Shown here: in pieces, positions 23,694-28,215 of the stretch
Layout: every line of letters begins with the position of its first letter
Numbering within the stretch: the first letter of the stretch is position 1
Source: a virus
Taxonomy: Duplodnaviria > Caudoviricetes
Direction: 5' to 3' (one strand)
Length of the DNA: 28,215 nt
IMG/VR virus record: IMGVR_UViG_3300034062_002237
Location: 1 to 28,215 of that record
Position numbers and translations under genes: made by a program
The notes under the pieces: generated by a model
Told to the model about the DNA's origin: nothing
Database searches by the model: none
What the model saw: the letters and a program-made list of their open reading frames with translations, nothing else

Positions 23694-24914
23694 ATGTCAG
23701 CCCCTACTGGACTCACTTGCGAAGCTATCAATGATAACTTCCAGAGAGAAACCGGACGTATTGCCCTTGGCACTCATCGTCTTGGCCTCTATAAAGACCC
23801 GTATCTGCGTTTTGTCTCGCAGTCCGCTTTCCCTGACAACATGGGCGCGGTTATCACCAACACGATTGCCCAACGCACCAAAGCCACTGGCTCTGGTTGG
23901 GAAGATGTTGGTATTTCGACCGTTAGCGGTCAAGACAACGCCTGTTTGCCGCCCGTCAAAAAGGTTGGCTATGCATTCGATCAGAAAACCTTCAAACTCC
24001 GCCATCAGGCCATTGAGTCGGATTGGATTTGCTTGGAAGATGTTCGCACCTCCGCGTTCCCCGTGGACGATGTTAACAACTACATCAAAATCCTTGCCGA
24101 CAACGTGAACGTTGAGTGGATTGAGCGTTACGATCAAGACTATTTCGACATCTCGGAGCACAAGATGGTTGTTGCCCCCGGTTTGCCTGAAGATGACACT
24201 GCGTTCCCTTCGACCGCCCCGACCAGCGTTTTGACGCCGGGAGTGCTGCGTTCGATCTACGACAATCTCTATCAGGACAACGCTGGCGATGACGGCGATG
24301 CTGTTACCGATGATGGTTCACCTGTTTTCAACGTGTTCGCTGAACGCGCCACGATTGAGAATCTTATCAAGCTTCAGGACGATGTTCGTCAGGACATCCG
24401 TTGGAGTGATCGTGTGAATGATCTGCTTGGCGCAAACGGCTCCTCGCTCCTGCCCCGCAAGAGCTATGGTGGCTTTGTGTTCCACAGCCGTCCGTTCCCG
24501 AAACGCTTCAATGATGACGGTGCTGGCGGTTATACCGAAGTTCCGGCTTATGTTGCCACTGGCGCAACCAAGGGAACCAAGTATGTCATCAACCCGGCCT
24601 ACAAGACGGCGAAATACACCACTACGGTTGTGTTCCACCCGAAAGCGGCTGAATGGCTTGTTCCTAGCACTAACGTCAAAGTCGGCAAATTGGTCTATGA
24701 CGCTCAGAATTATCGCGGCGACTTCAAATGGATCAACGAATACGACAAGACCTGCAACCCCGACAAGAACAGCGGTTACTGGAGAGCGAAGATGGCGAGT
24801 GCCGTCAAGCAAGTGTTCCCTCAGTGGGGATACTACATCCTCCACCTCCGTTGCAACTTGGCAAACGATCTGGTTGCTTGCCCTGCTGGTAGCGGCTACG
24901 GATACCTTTCCTGA
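23694..24914 (+). CDS. major capsid protein (probable)
   Basis: 406 aa after the scaffold; dedicated promoter and SD; strongly C-ending codons suggest high expression. Confidence 0.75.
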   Translation: MSAPTGLTCEAINDNFQRETGRIALGTHRLGLYKDPYLRFVSQSAFPDNMGAVITNTIAQRTKATGSGWEDVGISTVSGQDNACLPPVKKVGYAFDQKTFKLRHQAIESDWICLEDVRTSAFPVDDVNNYIKILADNVNVEWIERYDQDYFDISEHKMVVAPGLPEDDTAFPSTAPTSVLTPGVLRSIYDNLYQDNAGDDGDAVTDDGSPVFNVFAERATIENLIKLQDDVRQDIRWSDRVNDLLGANGSSLLPRKSYGGFVFHSRPFPKRFNDDGAGGYTEVPAYVATGATKGTKYVINPAYKTAKYTTTVVFHPKAAEWLVPSTNVKVGKLVYDAQNYRGDFKWINEYDKTCNPDKNSGYWRAKMASAVKQVFPQWGYYILHLRCNLANDLVACPAGSGYGYLS

Positions 24915-24927
24915 TAGTTAGGTTCCT

Positions 24928-24977
24928 CTCATCAAGGCTTGCCATAGAGTAAAATTTATGGCAAGCTCTATGAGGAG
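24928..24977 (+). promoter_or_regulatory. hairpin after the capsid gene, adjacent to the next SD
   Basis: GCTTGCCATAGA-GTAAAA-TTTATGGCAAGC; outer CTCAT/ATGAG pairing overlaps GAGGAG. Confidence 0.6.
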
Positions 24978-24988
24978 AAATAACTATT

Positions 24989-25228
24989 ATGAAAATTAAA
25001 ATTCCCGAAGGATACACATTGCCTGAAGGCGTTGCTGACGGCGATACATTTGATGAGCTTGTGACCATTCGTCTTGAAGGCGACATGCTTGTTCCGACCA
25101 TGATTGCTGGCGTTGAAATTGCGGCTGAAGATGCCGAGACGGAAGACGCAGAAGACATGGAAGAGGAAGACATGGAAGAAGTTGCCGCTATGGGCAACAT
25201 GGGCGAGCGCATTATGGGCATGGCCTAA
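24989..25228 (+). CDS. small acidic protein
   Basis: GAGGAG SD; D/E-rich tail. Confidence 0.75.
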   Translation: MKIKIPEGYTLPEGVADGDTFDELVTIRLEGDMLVPTMIAGVEIAAEDAETEDAEDMEEEDMEEVAAMGNMGERIMGMA

Positions 25229-25237
25229 TCTGGTAAG

Positions 25238-25753
25238 ATGCCAATTCCGAACCTAAATGACCAAGTAGCCATCAACGCATCGCTCCCCAAAAGGGAGATT
25301 TTTGCGCGGTGGCTTATTGGTGTTCAAGGGTTTGGCGAAACTGGCGACTATGCAACACTCCCAGAGCGATACCTTCTTGCAAAGATTGCAGTAGCTTACG
25401 GATGCCCAAGGGCGGAAGTCGATTACATCTCTCTTCCCAAGCAATATGTCTGGAGCGATATTTACAACGCAATTTCTGGAGATACTAACGTTCATTACGA
25501 TTGGGCAGAAAAACAAGCTTTAGGCTGGATTCTCGGAGCAACCTACGGAGATCAAAACATTTCCCAATTTCTTGCATATTACATTGATCTTCCAATTAGA
25601 ATTCAATTGGCTCTTTTGGTTGAACTAAACGGCGGAACACCACCACCGCCAGTTCCAACAGAAACATTCTTCATCGAATACAACGATAGCGTTGATGTTG
25701 GTGATCTTTTATACGATGATGGAGAAGGCTCCGCAAAACTGATTTACGCATAA
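25238..25753 (+). CDS. hypothetical protein with a repeated Y..LP..Y/Q helix motif
   Basis: NASLPKRE, YATLPERY, YISLPKQY, YIDLPIRI. Confidence 0.7.
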   Translation: MPIPNLNDQVAINASLPKREIFARWLIGVQGFGETGDYATLPERYLLAKIAVAYGCPRAEVDYISLPKQYVWSDIYNAISGDTNVHYDWAEKQALGWILGATYGDQNISQFLAYYIDLPIRIQLALLVELNGGTPPPPVPTETFFIEYNDSVDVGDLLYDDGEGSAKLIYA

Positions 25754-25764
25754 GGAGAAATATT

Positions 25765-26688
25765 ATGGCCGACAAACGAATTAAAGATTTAGCAGCAACA
25801 GCAACATCACCAGCAAATGATGATTTTATTGCTATTGACGGAGCAACCAACAACACGCGCAAGATTGCGGCAGATACATTTTTGCAGGATGCCCCCAGCG
25901 ATGGAACACTTTATGGCCGTCAGGATGGAGCATGGGAAGAGGCCGCAAGCCCTGATGACATTCCGATTGTCCCAACCTTTGTCTATGACGGCACGGCTGA
26001 AACCACACAATTCATTGTTGGCAACATTCCTAATGATTGGCAAAGCTTGGGATTCGGCTACAGCAATAGTGACTTGACTCAACTATCTATCGGCAATTCT
26101 GCCACATCCATTGGAAGCTATGCGTTTTACTCCTGCAATGGCTTAACAGGTAATTTGGTCATTCCAAATTCTGTTACCATAATTGGCGATGGCGCATTCG
26201 GCAACTGCAACGGCTTCACAGGAAATCTAACCATTCCAAATTCTGTTACCATAATTGGCAATTATGCGTTCGGCAACTGCAACGGCTTCACAGGAAATCT
26301 AACCATCCCCAATTCCGTTACCTCCATTGGCAGTTATGCGTTCAGTAACTGCTCTGGCTTCACAGGCAACCTAATCATCCCCAATTCCGTCACCTCTATT
26401 GGCAATTATGCGTTCGGCAACTGCAACGGCTTCACAGGAAATCTAACCATCGGCAATTCCGTTACCTCCATTGGTGATTATGCGTTCAGCAATTGCCTTT
26501 TCTTAACAGCAGCCTACCTCAACCAACCCATAGGACAAGTGGCAGTTAATGCTTTCATGTACGCATCAAATATCGACAACATCTATATCGGCCCAGACGC
26601 CACGGGCTACACCTTGGGCGCGGGGCAAAGTGTTGGCGGAGCCAACGTCACAGTTTCCGTGTGGACAAACTATCCAAATGTTCCATAA
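25765..26688 (+). CDS. BspA-type leucine-rich-repeat protein with a foldon-like motif (putative receptor-binding or decoration fibre)
   Basis: AGGAG SD; 24-aa repeats IPNSVTxIGxYAFxNCxGFTGNL; DAPSDGTLYGRQDGAW. Confidence 0.85.
   Translation: MADKRIKDLAATATSPANDDFIAIDGATNNTRKIAADTFLQDAPSDGTLYGRQDGAWEEAASPDDIPIVPTFVYDGTAETTQFIVGNIPNDWQSLGFGYSNSDLTQLSIGNSATSIGSYAFYSCNGLTGNLVIPNSVTIIGDGAFGNCNGFTGNLTIPNSVTIIGNYAFGNCNGFTGNLTIPNSVTSIGSYAFSNCSGFTGNLIIPNSVTSIGNYAFGNCNGFTGNLTIGNSVTSIGDYAFSNCLFLTAAYLNQPIGQVAVNAFMYASNIDNIYIGPDATGYTLGAGQSVGGANVTVSVWTNYPNVP
26089..26520 (+). repeat. six tandem 72-bp coding repeats
   Basis: units start at 26089, 26161, 26233, 26305, 26377, 26449. Confidence 0.9.
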
Positions 26689-26697
26689 TCGTGGGCT

Positions 26698-27498
26698 ATG
26701 AGTAAAACCATTCACTTCGTATCGGGTCTGCCGCGCAGCGGTTCAACACTTTTAATGAACCTTCTCGCGCAAAATCCCGAAGTCCATTCCACCGCAACAA
26801 GCGGCCTCCATGAAATCGGCTACATCGCTCGTCAGTTCTCCGCGACCGAGGAGTTCAAGACCATCCCGAATCCAAAGGATGGTGAAACCTTGTTCTACGA
26901 TTACGTCAAGGGCGGATGCGAAAATGCATTCAATCGTTTGACCGACCGCCCGATTGTGGCTGACAAGTGCCGTAGCTGGGTTGGTCACTTGGATATGCTC
27001 TTTGCCATCTGGCCCAACGCAAAAGTTTTGGTTCCTGTCCGCGACATGCGCGGCATTCTTTGCTCTTTGGAGAAGAAATGGCGAAGCCATCCCTTTCCCT
27101 TTACGGGAGTTGAAAAACAGTCCCCGCAAAATTGGACTACGGTGGAAAAACGCGCACAGGGCTGGTTGCAAATGCCTCCGCTTGGTATCGCCGTAGAGCG
27201 CGTTTCGGATGCCGTTCGCCGCTATAAAGACAAGCTTCATTTTGTCCACTTTGAATCTCTTACAAAAAATCCCGCAGAAACAATGGGCGAAATTTGGGGC
27301 TATCTTGGATTAAAATTTGATCGCCATGACTTTGATAATGTGCAACAATATACTAAAGAGCATGAGCTTGGCTGGCCCTACGGCGACCACGAAATCCGCA
27401 GCAAGGTCGAACCCGTAGAACCCGACTGGCTAAACATCCTTGGCAGACAACTTTCAGATCAAGTGGCACAAACATTTAAATGGATTAACGAACTATGA
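26698..27498 (+). CDS. PAPS-dependent sulfotransferase family protein
   Basis: 5'-PSB motif GLPRSGSTLL; 3'-PB-like VPVRDMRGILCS; VHFESL. Confidence 0.88.
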   Translation: MSKTIHFVSGLPRSGSTLLMNLLAQNPEVHSTATSGLHEIGYIARQFSATEEFKTIPNPKDGETLFYDYVKGGCENAFNRLTDRPIVADKCRSWVGHLDMLFAIWPNAKVLVPVRDMRGILCSLEKKWRSHPFPFTGVEKQSPQNWTTVEKRAQGWLQMPPLGIAVERVSDAVRRYKDKLHFVHFESLTKNPAETMGEIWGYLGLKFDRHDFDNVQQYTKEHELGWPYGDHEIRSKVEPVEPDWLNILGRQLSDQVAQTFKWINEL

Positions 27499-27968
27499 AA
27501 TATGCAATTATCGGCCCCAAAGGGGCAATTAACCGTATCAGCGACACAGAACCCAAGGCCGTAGCCGAAGGCGCAACCGTTGTTGAAATTACCGACGAGC
27601 AAGCAGCAACCGTCCAAGCTGGACGAACCAGCGAACCCAAGGTGTTTTATTTTTACAAAAATGGAGAACTCGTTACTATGGCGGAGCACCGCGAACAACT
27701 GATTGCCGCTCGTCCGAAACCCGCTGTCACCGCCGAAAAGCATATTGAGCGCGAGGGCTATCCCGCCATACGTCTTGTGACATTGATGGATTTGGAGGGT
27801 AAATTGGCCGAAGCTGGCAAGACTTCTGCCAAGCTCACAGCCGTCCGCTCGTGGCTTGATGCCATTCTTGGTGCATTCGCCGCCAATCCCGAACCCCGCA
27901 ACGATTGGCCCAATGCTCCGTTTGGATTTGAAGAAACCGTGCAAGACGCCGCAAGTAAATTGTTGTAA
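27495..27968 (+). CDS. hypothetical protein (possible fibre assembly factor)
   Basis: ATGA overlap; lies between two fibre-like paralogs. Confidence 0.7.
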   Translation: MKYAIIGPKGAINRISDTEPKAVAEGATVVEITDEQAATVQAGRTSEPKVFYFYKNGELVTMAEHREQLIAARPKPAVTAEKHIEREGYPAIRLVTLMDLEGKLAEAGKTSAKLTAVRSWLDAILGAFAANPEPRNDWPNAPFGFEETVQDAASKLL

Positions 27969-27973
27969 GGGTT

Positions 27974-28215
27974 ATGGCCAACAAAAGAATCAAAGATTTA
28001 GAAGTAACCGCACCGTCCCCAGATTCTGGGGACTTTATTGCGGTTGATGGCAATTCTAATAATACCAGAAAAATTGCCGCTGATTCTTTTCTCTTGGAAG
28101 GCCCAGAAGATGGAGAGCTTTATGGCAGAGAGGATGGAACTTGGTCTGCTGTAGCAAACATACAGAACGTTCCTCTTACCGCCACATTTGTCTATGATAG
28201 CAATATAGGGGATAC
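27974..28215 (+). CDS. paralog of 25765..26688 N-terminus, truncated by the window end
   Basis: MANKRIKDLEVTAPSPDSGDFIAVDGNSNNTRKIAADSFLLEGPEDGELYGREDGTW...TFVYD aligns without gaps to MADKRIKDLA...TFVYD. Confidence 0.85.
   Translation, partial: MANKRIKDLEVTAPSPDSGDFIAVDGNSNNTRKIAADSFLLEGPEDGELYGREDGTWSAVANIQNVPLTATFVYDSNIGD

Noticed and set aside
4631-25625. Other TTGAAC hexamers (e.g. near 4631, 5147, 13994, 15692, 19593, 21461)
   Set aside because: No GTCWAW at 17-nt spacing, so not counted as promoter copies
26089-26520. CRISPR array or DGR template/variable repeats
   Set aside because: Repeats are contiguous in-frame LRR codons with no spacers; no reverse transcriptase in the window

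Overview
A 28.2-kb segment of a tailed dsDNA phage (Caudoviricetes) genome, probably from an aquatic host; the host cannot be determined from sequence alone. The left arm (1-6344, minus strand) carries many small early or accessory genes: dCMP deaminase, a HExxH peptidase, a RusA-like resolvase, a Mom-family DNA-modification enzyme and a double-HTH protein. A ~1-kb structured non-coding island (6345-7428) sits at the strand switch. The right arm (mostly plus strand) carries HNH nucleases, a GT-A-like protein, an SF2 helicase and DnaB, then a divergent terS-like/terL pair, a fibre-like protein, portal, scaffold, major capsid, a foldon-LRR protein, a sulfotransferase and a truncated paralog of the LRR gene. 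Most notable: (1) a 66-nt RNA that looks like the tRNA-like domain of tmRNA with no mRNA-like domain (6921-6986), flanked by larger structured RNAs; (2) eight copies of an ECF-sigma-like promoter, TTGAAC-N17-GTCWAW, five of them 6-12 nt before an ATG; (3) a RusA-like resolvase whose N-terminal and catalytic motifs lie in two overlapping reading frames; (4) a structured, pseudoknotted leader and twin GTAAAA-loop hairpins around the capsid gene. Family calls are from motifs recognised by eye; no database searches were run.
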